Of a stretch of 31,016 nucleotides of DNA, positions 20,604 to 28,935 are shown piece after piece. Below the pieces are notes generated by a model. That model was not told the origin of the DNA. It did not search any database and saw only the letters and a program-made list of their open reading frames with translations. This stretch comes from an uncultured Rhodospirillaceae bacterium (GTDB taxonomy: Bacteria > Pseudomonadota > Alphaproteobacteria > RF32 > CAG-239), in assembly GCA_900320035.1 (NCBI GenBank), contig ONQU01000121.1, forward strand, positions 1 through 31,016, given 5' to 3'. Made by a program: the position numbers and the translations under genes. The first letter of the stretch is position 1, and each line of letters starts with the position of its first letter.

Positions 20604-22261
20604 TGAGTGATTTTAAGAAAGAAGGAATATATTTTATGCCACTCGGCGGTGCCGATGATATCGGCATGAATATGTATATGTATGCTGTTGACGGGAAAAT
20701 CATGGTGGTTGATGCCGGTTACGGTTTTTTAATGGATAATTTTCCCGGTATGGAGTTGGCTTATGCCTCACCGGAATTTTTAGAAAATTACAAAGAGGAT
20801 ATTGTCGGCTTGTTTATTACCCACGGTCACGAAGATCACTTGGGTGCAATTGCGCAAATTTGGCCGTCATTACAATGTCCGGTATATGCCATGGACTTTT
20901 CGCTCGGTTTAATTAAAGAACGTCTAGCCGAATTTAAAATGGAAGATCAAGTGCCGCTCATTTCAGTTAATCAAAAGCGCCTGATTGAGTTTGAAAATTT
21001 TAGCGTGGAATTTATTGATATTGCGCACACCGTGCCGCAAACCTGTGTTTTAGCCATTCGCACCAAATACGGTAATATTTTGCATGCCACTGATTGGCGT
21101 TTCGATGATGAAGCGTTGGCTATGATACCGACCAATTTTAAGGCCTTGAGAAAACTGGCCAAAGAAGGCGTTTCTATGTTGGTATGCGATTCTACCAATG
21201 TGATGATTGATAAAAAATCACCTTCGGAAGCAGAAGTGCGGCAGCATTTAATTGAACTCATTCCACAAATTGAGGGTGGTGTTATCGTCACCTGTTTTGC
21301 TTCCAATTTAATGCGTCTGGAAAGCTTAATTTTGGCCGCACAAGCTGCTAATCGAACCCCGATAGTTTTTGGACGAACTTTGGTTACCAACCTTAAAATT
21401 GCCAAAGAATGCGGCTATTTAGCTGATTTGCCACAAGTATTTACCATTGAAGAAGCTAAAGATATTGCTGCGGAAAATGCACTTTACATTTGCACCGGTT
21501 CACAGGCTAACCATCATAGCGCAATGAGCTTTATTGCTAATGGTGAAAGCAAGTATATCAAGCTCGATAAATCGGATACCATTATATTTTCTTCCAAAGT
21601 TATCCCCGGTAATGAGGATAAAATTGAGCGCATGCAAGAAAAAATGGCCAACCAAGGCGCCACAATTATTACAGATGAAACCGAATTGGTGCACACTTCC
21701 GGCCATGCTTGCCGTGGTGATTTGAAAAAAATGTACCAGCTTCTAAAACCGGCCATTGTCTTGCCGGTACATGGTGAAAAAAGTTTTATTCGTGAGCATA
21801 AACGTTTTGCTCTGGCGTGCGGAATTGGCGAAGTGTTTTCAGCGCGCAACGGTGACATGTGCCTCTTAAAAGATAATCATATTGAATGTATTGAGCAAGT
21901 GGCAACCGATATCTTAGGTTGGGATCGTAGCCGACCGGTTTCTCTTGGCTCTGATGTTATCCGCAATCGCCGCCGCATCGCTTATAATTGCTCAATGTAT
22001 ATCAGTGCCGTTATCAAAGGCGAAAAACTGCTCGATTTGCAAATAACTTCGATTGATATTTTAGAGGCCGACGAGTGGCAAAAACTGGCGGCTGAAATTC
22101 TGACCGAAGTAAGACCGCTGATTGAAAAGCGCTTAACGCAAGAACCACAGCAGAATCAGCTAGAAGATTATATTCGTGGCCAAATTCGTCGTCGTGTTTT
22201 TCAGGCTACCGATATTAAACCGGTTACCATGTTGTACGTGACATATTTGACTAAGGATTGA
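20603..22261 (+). CDS. rnj: Ribonuclease J
   Basis: PLGGADDIGMN, THGHEDHLGA, CDSTN, CFASN, HTSGHA and PVHGE motifs; TGATG overlap with birA. Confidence 0.95.
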   Translation: MSDFKKEGIYFMPLGGADDIGMNMYMYAVDGKIMVVDAGYGFLMDNFPGMELAYASPEFLENYKEDIVGLFITHGHEDHLGAIAQIWPSLQCPVYAMDFSLGLIKERLAEFKMEDQVPLISVNQKRLIEFENFSVEFIDIAHTVPQTCVLAIRTKYGNILHATDWRFDDEALAMIPTNFKALRKLAKEGVSMLVCDSTNVMIDKKSPSEAEVRQHLIELIPQIEGGVIVTCFASNLMRLESLILAAQAANRTPIVFGRTLVTNLKIAKECGYLADLPQVFTIEEAKDIAAENALYICTGSQANHHSAMSFIANGESKYIKLDKSDTIIFSSKVIPGNEDKIERMQEKMANQGATIITDETELVHTSGHACRGDLKKMYQLLKPAIVLPVHGEKSFIREHKRFALACGIGEVFSARNGDMCLLKDNHIECIEQVATDILGWDRSRPVSLGSDVIRNRRRIAYNCSMYISAVIKGEKLLDLQITSIDILEADEWQKLAAEILTEVRPLIEKRLTQEPQQNQLEDYIRGQIRRRVFQATDIKPVTMLYVTYLTKD

Positions 22262-23240
22262 GTAAATCGGATATATGAACTAAGATAAAGCCACGGCTTT
22301 CAACATCTTTGAGCCAATCATTTAAAGCTTGAACGGTTTGGTTGTGCGGGTGGCCAATAACTACAGCATGACCATATTTGGTAGCAATCTTTTCAGCTTG
22401 GCGCAATTGTTCCATGATATATTCGTAACTGTTCTGATTATCTAAAAACACATCACGAGCGATGTAGGGTACTTCATATTGCTCAGCCATTTGTTTTCCT
22501 GCTGACTTTCCGGTGGTTTTAGAATCTAAAAAGAACATATTGTTTTCTTTTAGAACTTCCATAATATAAGCCATGCTTTGGGCATTTTCGGTAAATTCGC
22601 TTCCCATGTGATTATTGGCACCACGCATCTCTGCACCATCGTAATAAGCCAGAAAATCACGCATGTGTTTTTGCACTTCTTCTTTATTCATTTCCGTCGC
22701 TAATGTTACAGGAGCCAAAGAAGCGCGATGATGTGGCATCATCGGCACATGTAACATCACTTCAAAACCGGCTTCTTTAGCTTGTTCGACTTGCTTCATA
22801 TTAGCCGGTTTATATGGTAAGAAAGAAGCCGTTAGTGGCTTTTTAAGGTTAATAATTTCCTTAGTTAATTGTGGGCTGACCCCCATATCATCAATGACGA
22901 CTGCTATGTATTTTTTACCATCGTTTGTTATTGCTTTTTCTGATGTTTGGACTTTTCTTTCCGGTAAGTATTCATCTGCAAGGATGTCGATTAAAGACTT
23001 ATTTTGTTTTCGGGCGGCTATAAATTCATCAAGTTCATCGGCAATTTTTTGCGCTGAATGCTCTTCAAACAACTGCGGCGGAATTTTAACCTCTCGTGCC
23101 GGCACATCAACTTCTGCCGTTGCCAGCACAAAATCGGTTTTTACCGGACGTAACCAATCATAAATCACAATACCGCATTCCACCACCACAATGGCAGCCA
23201 AAATGTAGGTTAAGATAAGCCATTTACTTACCGTCTTCAT
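22251..23240 (-). CDS. Divergent polysaccharide deacetylase family protein (YibQ-like)
   Basis: N-terminal TM anchor; AVVIDDMG, MLHVPM, NNHMGS, FLDSKT, RDVFLDN and IGHP motifs. Confidence 0.9.
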   Translation of the reverse strand: MKTVSKWLILTYILAAIVVVECGIVIYDWLRPVKTDFVLATAEVDVPAREVKIPPQLFEEHSAQKIADELDEFIAARKQNKSLIDILADEYLPERKVQTSEKAITNDGKKYIAVVIDDMGVSPQLTKEIINLKKPLTASFLPYKPANMKQVEQAKEAGFEVMLHVPMMPHHRASLAPVTLATEMNKEEVQKHMRDFLAYYDGAEMRGANNHMGSEFTENAQSMAYIMEVLKENNMFFLDSKTTGKSAGKQMAEQYEVPYIARDVFLDNQNSYEYIMEQLRQAEKIATKYGHAVVIGHPHNQTVQALNDWLKDVESRGFILVHISDLLNP

Positions 23241-23244
23241 GTCT

Positions 23245-24717
23245 TTAATCTTTCTTTTTTAAGGTTGGAAAAGCAATGACGTCACGAATGGTTTCGGCAC
23301 CGGTTAACAGCATGCTGAGACGGTCAATTCCCATACCCATGCCGCCGGTTGGCGCAAAACCATTTTCTAAGGCATTTACAAAATCCTCGTCAAGCATTTG
23401 TGCTTCATCGTCACCATTTTCGCGTGCTGCCACTTCAGCCTCGAAACGTTCGCGTTGTTCCAGCGGATTAGATAATTCGGAATAAGCGCAACCGATTTCC
23501 ATTGTGCCTAAATAAGCATCAAAATGTTCCACCAAACGCGGGTTGTTGCGATGCGTTTTAGCCAACGGCGAAATATCGCGCGGCATATCCATCACAAAAG
23601 TCGGCTCAATCAAAGTGCTTTCCACTTTTTCATCAAAAATTTCCTGCACCACCTTACCCCAACAAGAACAATCATCGGCATTTACACCGACTGATTTTGC
23701 CATTGCTTTTGCTTCATCAAGCGTTTGAGCTTGCAATAAATCAGCACCGGTTTGTTCTTTAATCAAATCAATAATGGAAGCACGACGGAACGGTTTGGTT
23801 AAATCAATTTCACGTTCACCGAACGTAATTTTCGGCGCACCTAAAACTTCAGTTGCCACAAAACGTACCAAGTTTTCAATTAAATCCGCCATATCATTAT
23901 AATCAGCATAAGCCTGATATGCTTCCAAGCCGGTAAATTCCGGATTATGGTTTTTATCAATGCCTTCGTTGCGGAAATTGCGCCCAATTTCAAACACGCG
24001 ATCAAACCCGCCAACGATCAATTTTTTCAAATATAGCTCCGGTGCAATCCGTAAGAACAAATCCATATCGAGGGCATTATGATGGGTAATAAACGGTTTA
24101 GCATTGGCGCCGCCCATAATCGGGTGCAACATCGGGGTTTCCACTTCCAAAAATTCACGCTGTTCAAAAAAGCGGCGAATGGCTGAAGTAATCTGACAAC
24201 GTTTTTTGAAAATTTCTTTGCTTTCTTCATTCATGATATAGTCAACATAACGTTGGCGATAACGCGCATCAACATCGGTTAAACCATGGAATTTTTCCGG
24301 CAAAGGTTGTAGTGATTTAGCGATAATATCAAATTTTTCGGCGGCAATTGTCAACTCGCCGCGCGGGGTACGGCGCACAAAACCACTGACACCGACCATA
24401 TCGCCGACATCGACGCATTTTAAAATTTCCATATCGGCTTCAGGCAGAATTTTTTTGTAGCAAAAAGCCTGAATTTTGCCGGTTTTATCTTTAATATCCA
24501 CAAACATTCCGCTGTTGCGCACGGCCATTGCGCGTCCGGCAATAATCACACGATCTTCGGTATCTACACCGGCTTCCAAATCTTTATATTTTTCTTGTAA
24601 ATCAGCGGCGTATGCCGTTGGCACAAAGCGATACGGATACGGATTATAATTCATTTCCTGCAAAGTTTTCAGCTTATTTAAGCGTGATTCACGATGGATA
24701 TTTGTTTCATTTGCCAT
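23245..24717 (-). CDS. lysS: Lysine--tRNA ligase, class II
   Basis: OB-fold N-terminus; [17 protein letters not shown] (motif 1), FRNEGID..HNPEF (motif 2), GMGIDRL (motif 3). Confidence 0.97.
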   Translation of the reverse strand: MANETNIHRESRLNKLKTLQEMNYNPYPYRFVPTAYAADLQEKYKDLEAGVDTEDRVIIAGRAMAVRNSGMFVDIKDKTGKIQAFCYKKILPEADMEILKCVDVGDMVGVSGFVRRTPRGELTIAAEKFDIIAKSLQPLPEKFHGLTDVDARYRQRYVDYIMNEESKEIFKKRCQITSAIRRFFEQREFLEVETPMLHPIMGGANAKPFITHHNALDMDLFLRIAPELYLKKLIVGGFDRVFEIGRNFRNEGIDKNHNPEFTGLEAYQAYADYNDMADLIENLVRFVATEVLGAPKITFGEREIDLTKPFRRASIIDLIKEQTGADLLQAQTLDEAKAMAKSVGVNADDCSCWGKVVQEIFDEKVESTLIEPTFVMDMPRDISPLAKTHRNNPRLVEHFDAYLGTMEIGCAYSELSNPLEQRERFEAEVAARENGDDEAQMLDEDFVNALENGFAPTGGMGMGIDRLSMLLTGAETIRDVIAFPTLKKKD

Positions 24718-24792
24718 GATTTTTTCCTAACTTTTATTTTTACAGATTATCAATTTAGACCGACTATAAACCGCGTTGATAAATTTTGCAAT

Positions 24793-24819
24793 AAAAAATC
24801 GTCCGTTGTGCGGACGATT
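24793..24819 (-). terminator. Intrinsic terminator after the His-tailed protein gene
   Basis: AATCGTCCG/CGGACGATT 9-bp stem with a T-tract on the minus strand. Confidence 0.75.
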
Positions 24820-24861
24820 CTTCAGGACTAATAAACAAAGTAAAAAAGAATAATTAAGCCA

Positions 24862-25227
24862 CTAGCGGCGGTGATGATGGTGTCTACCGTGATGATGGTG
24901 ATGATGACCGTGGAAAATGGCGCCGCCGATAACCGCTCCCGTCAAACCGGCAAAAAACGATGTTGCCGCCGAATCATAGTAATAACTACGTGGTTGCGGG
25001 GTCTGACGTACAACAACCACTTCCTGCGGCTGATACGGCCGCACCGCCACAACTTGTTGCGGCTGAACCGCCACCGGTTGCGATGTTACCACTGTTTGAC
25101 TAGATGCCGGATAAGCATAAATTTGCTGTTGCATCTGCCCGTTGCTATCCATAATCATAATTGTTTGTGCATTGGCACTTGTAAACCACATTGATGCCAT
25201 AACAACCATACAAAGAAACTTTTTCAT
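24862..25227 (-). CDS. Small secreted protein with Gly-zipper-like segment and His-rich tail
   Basis: Signal peptide MKKFLCMVVMASMWFTSANA; Q/V/P-rich middle; FFAGLTGAVIGGAIF then HGHHHHHHGRHHHHRR; AAAGGAG RBS. Confidence 0.8.
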   Translation of the reverse strand: MKKFLCMVVMASMWFTSANAQTIMIMDSNGQMQQQIYAYPASSQTVVTSQPVAVQPQQVVAVRPYQPQEVVVVRQTPQPRSYYYDSAATSFFAGLTGAVIGGAIFHGHHHHHHGRHHHHRR

Positions 25228-25338
25228 TTCAGATCTCCTTTAGCAAAAATTTGTTTCTGAAATTAACATAGCCTCTTTTGCAAAAGTTTGCAATAAAATA
25301 TATATACATTCTGGTATGTATATTTAATTTTTTTGAAT

Positions 25339-25632
25339 TTATTCTGCAATATCAACAAGATACGTTTGTAAAATTTCTACTTCACCTTCGTTTTCAGCGG
25401 GTAAAACTTCACAGACCAGCAACTTATTTTTGTTTTTTACTTGTGTAAACAGTGCTTCATCGGCAACCGCCAACGTCACCATATCTTCGCCACTACGATA
25501 AAGCTCCATTTTATGCGCATCAGACATCAGTCGCAGCACCGGTCGTTCAATTTTACCTTCGCGCGCGTATATAAAAAGGGCTAACTCTCCGCCTTCGCAA
25601 GGCACAAACTGAAATAAATTTTGCATTGCCAT
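25339..25632 (-). CDS. Hypothetical soluble protein (paralog of 15018..15341)
   Basis: 97 aa; AAGGA RBS; motif sharing as described for the 107-aa ORF. Confidence 0.75.
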   Translation of the reverse strand: MAMQNLFQFVPCEGGELALFIYAREGKIERPVLRLMSDAHKMELYRSGEDMVTLAVADEALFTQVKNKNKLLVCEVLPAENEGEVEILQTYLVDIAE

Positions 25633-25704
25633 TTTTTTTAATCCTTGTTATATTTTTTGCATGGATAAAATTTTAGGGTATTTGTGGTTAAAAATTATCT
25701 AACG

Positions 25705-26379
25705 ATGATGAATAAAATAATTGATACATTGATAAATTTATGCCGTTGGCCGATAGCGCTCATTATATTATGGAGTCTGCCGGCACTGGTGAAGTCGTAT
25801 CAATATTTTAATTTTGCTGCGTCAAAGTTTTTATTTTTGGGTACAGGGATTGTTTTTTTCTGGGTTGTTGCCTTTATGGCCGGCCGCGAAATACGCGCTC
25901 AAATCCAAACCATTGCTCATGAACTGACGCATACGCTGTTTGCCTTTTTAACGCTACATTTTATTCGCCGAATCCGTCTTAATCCGGATGGTAGCGGCGG
26001 TTCAATGGCTTTTTCCGGACACGGCAATTGGCTCATTACTCTGGCACCATACTTTTTTCCGTTGTTTGCCGCTCTATATATGCTGATTATGCCGTGGCTT
26101 TTGGCCGTAACCGATAATTATTGGCTGATTTATGCTATTTTCGGCTATTTTGTGGCTTATTATTGGGAAACGGTTTTATCACAAGTTCATCTTGAACAAA
26201 CCGATATTATCAAAGAAGGGTATGTATTTTCGGCAATCATCATTATTGGCTTAAATTTATTTATCAATGGTGCTATTTTTGCTTTCACCAGCCGCTTATG
26301 GCTTGGGGTGCAACAATATTGCTATTTAATTTGGCGGCTTAATACCGAACATTGGCAATGGCTGCAAAATTTGTTTTAA
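25705..26379 (+). CDS. Membrane zinc metallopeptidase, M50-like
   Basis: HELTH (HExxH) within a TM region, LITLAPYFFP and a downstream QTD; multi-TM. Start ambiguous (25684/25705/25708). Confidence 0.6.
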   Translation: MMNKIIDTLINLCRWPIALIILWSLPALVKSYQYFNFAASKFLFLGTGIVFFWVVAFMAGREIRAQIQTIAHELTHTLFAFLTLHFIRRIRLNPDGSGGSMAFSGHGNWLITLAPYFFPLFAALYMLIMPWLLAVTDNYWLIYAIFGYFVAYYWETVLSQVHLEQTDIIKEGYVFSAIIIIGLNLFINGAIFAFTSRLWLGVQQYCYLIWRLNTEHWQWLQNLF

Positions 26380-26418
26380 GCGCACATTTTCAACCATATC
26401 ACTAATTTAAAAAAACGC

Positions 26419-26446
26419 TTGCATTTTGTTTTGTTTTATGTATATT
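26419..26446 (+). promoter_or_regulatory. Sigma70-type promoter for rpsF-rpsR-rplI
   Basis: TTGCAT-N16-TATATT. Confidence 0.55.
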
Positions 26447-26452
26447 GACGCT

Positions 26453-26561
26453 TGTCCCTTGCCGGATTCTTGTAAAGATTCGGCTATACATTGAGCGGTC
26501 GGTGCTATATTTAATATATTGCCGACTATTTGTTGAGTAATCCATAAGGAGATATTTTAAT
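26453..26561 (+). promoter_or_regulatory. Putative S6:S18-binding rpsF leader
   Basis: GTCCCTT (26454-60) can pair with AAGG-A-GAT over the SD (26546-53); hairpins 26461-26484 and 26498-26526; CCA just 5' of the SD, as in the known S6:S18 CCR leader. Confidence 0.45.
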
Positions 26562-26900
26562 ATGGCAAATTATGAAAGCGTGATTATCGCGCGTCAAGAT
26601 CTCGGCTCCTCACAGGTTAACACTTTGGTTGAAGAATTGACCGGTGTTATTAAGGCTGAAGGCGGCGAGGTTGTAAAAGTAGATAACTGGGGTTTGAAAA
26701 ATCTCGCTTATCGCGTTAAGAAAAACCGTAAAGGTTATTATGTTTTATTAGACATTGTTGCTCCGGCAAGCGCTATCAGTGAATATGAACGCCGCATTCG
26801 TTTGAATGAAGACGTTATTCGCTATATGACAGTGCGCGTTGAAGAATTTAACAACGAAGTTGCTTCTGACGAACAACTAGATGAAGCAGTTGAAGCATAA
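26562..26900 (+). CDS. rpsF: 30S ribosomal protein S6
   Basis: [40 protein letters not shown]. Confidence 0.98.
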   Translation: MANYESVIIARQDLGSSQVNTLVEELTGVIKAEGGEVVKVDNWGLKNLAYRVKKNRKGYYVLLDIVAPASAISEYERRIRLNEDVIRYMTVRVEEFNNEVASDEQLDEAVEA

Positions 26901-26913
26901 GGGAGAAAGAACA

Positions 26914-27141
26914 ATGGCTACAAAACAAACAGTTTTCAAAAGAAAAAGTTGTCCGTTTTCGGGTGAAAATGCGCCGAAGATTGACTATAAAGATGTGAAG
27001 TTGCTTTCTCGTTACATTTCTGAGAAAGGTAAAATTATTCCATCACGTATTACATCTGTTTCGGCTAAAAAACAAAGAGAATTAGCTCGCGCCATCAAAC
27101 GTGCTCGCTATATTGCCTTGTTGCCGTATGTTGCTATGTAG
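26914..27141 (+). CDS. rpsR: 30S ribosomal protein S18
   Basis: [38 protein letters not shown] (alphaproteobacterial type); start at ATG 26914 after GGGAG. Confidence 0.98.
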   Translation: MATKQTVFKRKSCPFSGENAPKIDYKDVKLLSRYISEKGKIIPSRITSVSAKKQRELARAIKRARYIALLPYVAM

Positions 27142-27150
27142 GAGGCTGAT

Positions 27151-27636
27151 ATGGAAGTAATTTTATTGGAACACATTGAAAAGTTAGGCAAAATGGGCGA
27201 TAAAGTAAACGTTAAAAACGGTTATGCTCGTAACTATTTATTGCCACAACAAAAGGCTTTACGTGCTACCGAAAGCAATATGGCTTATTTTGAAGCGCAA
27301 AAGGCTGCTTTAGAAGCACACAATAAAGAATTGCTGGAAACAGCCGGTAAATTAGCCGAATCTTTGAACGGCTTTAACGCCGTATTGATTCGTCAAGCCG
27401 CTGAAACCGGTCAACTTTATGGTTCGGTTACGATTCGTGACATTGCCGGCGCTATTAAAGAAGCCGGTTTTGACGTAGCTCGTCGCTATATTTATTTGGA
27501 AAAGCCGATTAAAGATTTAGGCATTTACCAAATTAAGCTGAATTTGCATCCGGAAGTAACACAAACCATTTTGGTTAACGTTGCTCGTAGTGCAGAAGAC
27601 GCTAAAAAGCAGGCCAAAGCCTATAGTCAAGAATAA
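27151..27636 (+). CDS. rplI: 50S ribosomal protein L9
   Basis: MEVILLE..EKLGKMGDKVNVKNGYARNYLLPQ, GQLYGSVT, LHPEV. Confidence 0.98.
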   Translation: MEVILLEHIEKLGKMGDKVNVKNGYARNYLLPQQKALRATESNMAYFEAQKAALEAHNKELLETAGKLAESLNGFNAVLIRQAAETGQLYGSVTIRDIAGAIKEAGFDVARRYIYLEKPIKDLGIYQIKLNLHPEVTQTILVNVARSAEDAKKQAKAYSQE

Positions 27637-27654
27637 TTTTTTATTCTCAGATTG

Positions 27655-27694
27655 AAAAAAATACCCATTGGTTGATGCTGATGGGTATTTTTTT
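27655..27694 (+). terminator. Bidirectional intrinsic terminator after rplI (repeat copy 1)
   Basis: A7-TACCCATTGGT-TGAT-GCTGATGGGTA-T7. Confidence 0.85.
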
Positions 27695-27695
27695 A

Positions 27696-27724
27696 TTGAC
27701 AAAAAGAAAAAGTTTGATTATATT
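27696..27724 (+). promoter_or_regulatory. Near-consensus sigma70 promoter for the downstream ORF
   Basis: TTGACA-N17-TATATT, starting 1 nt after the terminator T-tract. Confidence 0.75.
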
Positions 27725-27746
27725 AGCTTTATAACACAAATTATTT

Positions 27747-28316
27747 ATGCGTATGAAATTATTAGTATTAAACCCAATAGTATTCCCTCTATTGGCGTTG
27801 ATGCTACCTCGGAAAATTTCCGAGCTTATGGGAAACAAGAGAGTATGGTGGGCTTTGGTCGGATGGCAAATATGTATCCTACCATGGCGAGCCAAGTGGT
27901 GGTTTGTCCATCAAAATCCGCAATATTTCAGCCAGGATGATTGGGTGAAATATTATCGTAAAGCGGCAGACGGTGCCGGTGCATTGCGCCATTTGCGTCA
28001 TTGTGATACCGATATTTGCGAAAAGTTGTGGAACACCTGTGGCTACCACGATGCGAAAAATATTCTCAAATCTCTGCGTCTGTACGAGACCGAACACCTT
28101 AAATTCATGTTGGTTAACAAGGAATTCAACGGTTGGCTGTGGGAGTATACCCAAAGGATGGTGCTTCCGACGGATTTTGTTAAGTCCTTGATATCAGAAA
28201 TTTCCGGAAAGAATGATAAGGATGATATACGTTGGAAAATCATTAAACTGCAGATTGATCGTAATGACGAATTGCGTAAAACACTGAGTAAGGAAGAATT
28301 GAAAAAATTCGCATAA
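27747..28316 (+). CDS. Hypothetical protein with hydrophobic Trp-rich N-terminus
   Basis: 189-aa ORF with its own promoter and terminator; no family recognised; start could be 27753. Confidence 0.7.
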   Translation: MRMKLLVLNPIVFPLLALMLPRKISELMGNKRVWWALVGWQICILPWRAKWWFVHQNPQYFSQDDWVKYYRKAADGAGALRHLRHCDTDICEKLWNTCGYHDAKNILKSLRLYETEHLKFMLVNKEFNGWLWEYTQRMVLPTDFVKSLISEISGKNDKDDIRWKIIKLQIDRNDELRKTLSKEELKKFA

Positions 28317-28320
28317 CAAG

Positions 28321-28356
28321 AAATACCCGCTGGTTGAAACCGGCGGGTGTTTTTTT
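28321..28356 (+). terminator. Intrinsic terminator (repeat copy 2, homologous to 27659..27694)
   Basis: AAATACCCGCTGGT-TGAA-ACCGGCGGGTGT-T6; 28/36 identical to copy 1. Confidence 0.85.
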
Positions 28357-28404
28357 GTGCCTGAAAAATTTGTCAAAAAAATCTAAAAAATCGGTAAATT
28401 TTGC

Positions 28405-28433
28405 TTGATTTCATAAAAAAACTGTGCTAGATT
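28405..28433 (+). promoter_or_regulatory. Sigma70-type promoter with extended -10
   Basis: TTGATT-N17-TAGATT with TG at the extended -10 position; predicted +1 near 28440. Confidence 0.6.
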
Positions 28434-28531
28434 ATAGACAATTACCAAATTATCTTTGTGGATTTTTCCGTACGTATTATAAATAATAATTATGGAAAGA
28501 GATAAGTCATAATAGATAAGCCGAATATAAC

Positions 28532-28559
28532 TGTCATTCCGAACGTATGTGAGGAATCT
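28532..28559 (+). repeat. CGTC-class (dRS3/RPE-like) REP palindrome, copy 1
   Basis: TGTCATTCCGAACGTATGTGAGGAATCT fits the YGTCATTCY-N-RGAATCT pattern. Confidence 0.75.
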
Positions 28560-28856
28560 TCGTACTTTAGTGCGATTTTGACAGACATGTTTTCGCGCTT
28601 AAGATATTGAGACAAAATCAAATTCCGCAGGTTTGGTAATATTCATTAAAATTTTTTTCATTCGCTGATAATAATGTTATACCCAAAAGCATTTATCGAT
28701 TAATTTGAAGATCCCTTGACGCATTTGCCTAATGGCAAAGCGAGGGAAGACAATTAAATTCGAAGATGCCCTGAATTTTGCGTTTCGTAAAATAGGTATG
28801 ACAATTTATTTTCAGCGTCAATATAAATTAAACAGCTCCCCCGCACTAAAGTGCAG

Positions 28857-28895
28857 AGATTCTCACGTCGCAACAAGTTGCTCCTCAGAATGACA
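28857..28895 (-). repeat. CGTC-class REP palindrome, copy 2 (inverted)
   Basis: Minus strand reads TGTCATTCTGAGGAGCAACTTGTTGCGACGTGAGAATCT. Confidence 0.75.
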
Positions 28896-28901
28896 CAGAA
28901 T

Positions 28902-28935
28902 CGTCATTCCGAGTAAGCGTAGTGACGAGGAATCT
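28902..28935 (+). repeat. CGTC-class REP palindrome, copy 3 (inverted doublet with copy 2)
   Basis: CGTCATTCCGAGTAAGCGTAGTGACGAGGAATCT, 6 nt from copy 2. Confidence 0.75.

Noticed and set aside
14291-24819. Shared GTCCG/CGGAC core in the terminators at 14291 and 24797 as a repeat family
   Set aside because: Only a 5-bp stem core is shared, with different loops and lengths, which is compatible with chance.
24871-25194. Plus-strand 107-aa ORF (MMMVSTVMMVMM...)
   Set aside because: It is the antisense of the His-codon run in the signal-peptide-bearing minus-strand gene, which has an RBS and terminator.
27647-27940. ORFs 27647..27895(-) and 27668..27940(+) crossing the terminator/promoter
   Set aside because: They overlap a clear terminator and promoter and the better-supported 27747..28316 ORF, and they have no recognisable motifs.
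28451-28458. Bacteroidetes -7 promoter element TATCTTTG
   Set aside because: No TTTG -33 element at 19-21 nt spacing, and a chance match is likely in AT-rich DNA. The sigma70-type promoter fits better.
28560-28856. Decayed GIY-YIG nuclease or transposase between the facing REPs
   Set aside because: I saw no GIY-YIG or HUH motif when reading the segment, and the ORF track has no ORF of 60 aa or more here.
28595-28862. Group I intron-like words (GTGCAGAGAT resembling R, AAGATAT resembling S, AAATTC resembling P)
   Set aside because: The order is wrong (S-like before R-like), there is no GACTA P7 strand or host gene, and the R-like word is simply the hairpin/REP junction.
28532-28935. CRISPR array or IscB/TnpB omega-RNA
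   Set aside because: There are only three irregularly spaced repeats in mixed orientation and no cas, iscB or tnpB gene. The GTCAA/TAAA-hairpin resemblance is too weak to call.
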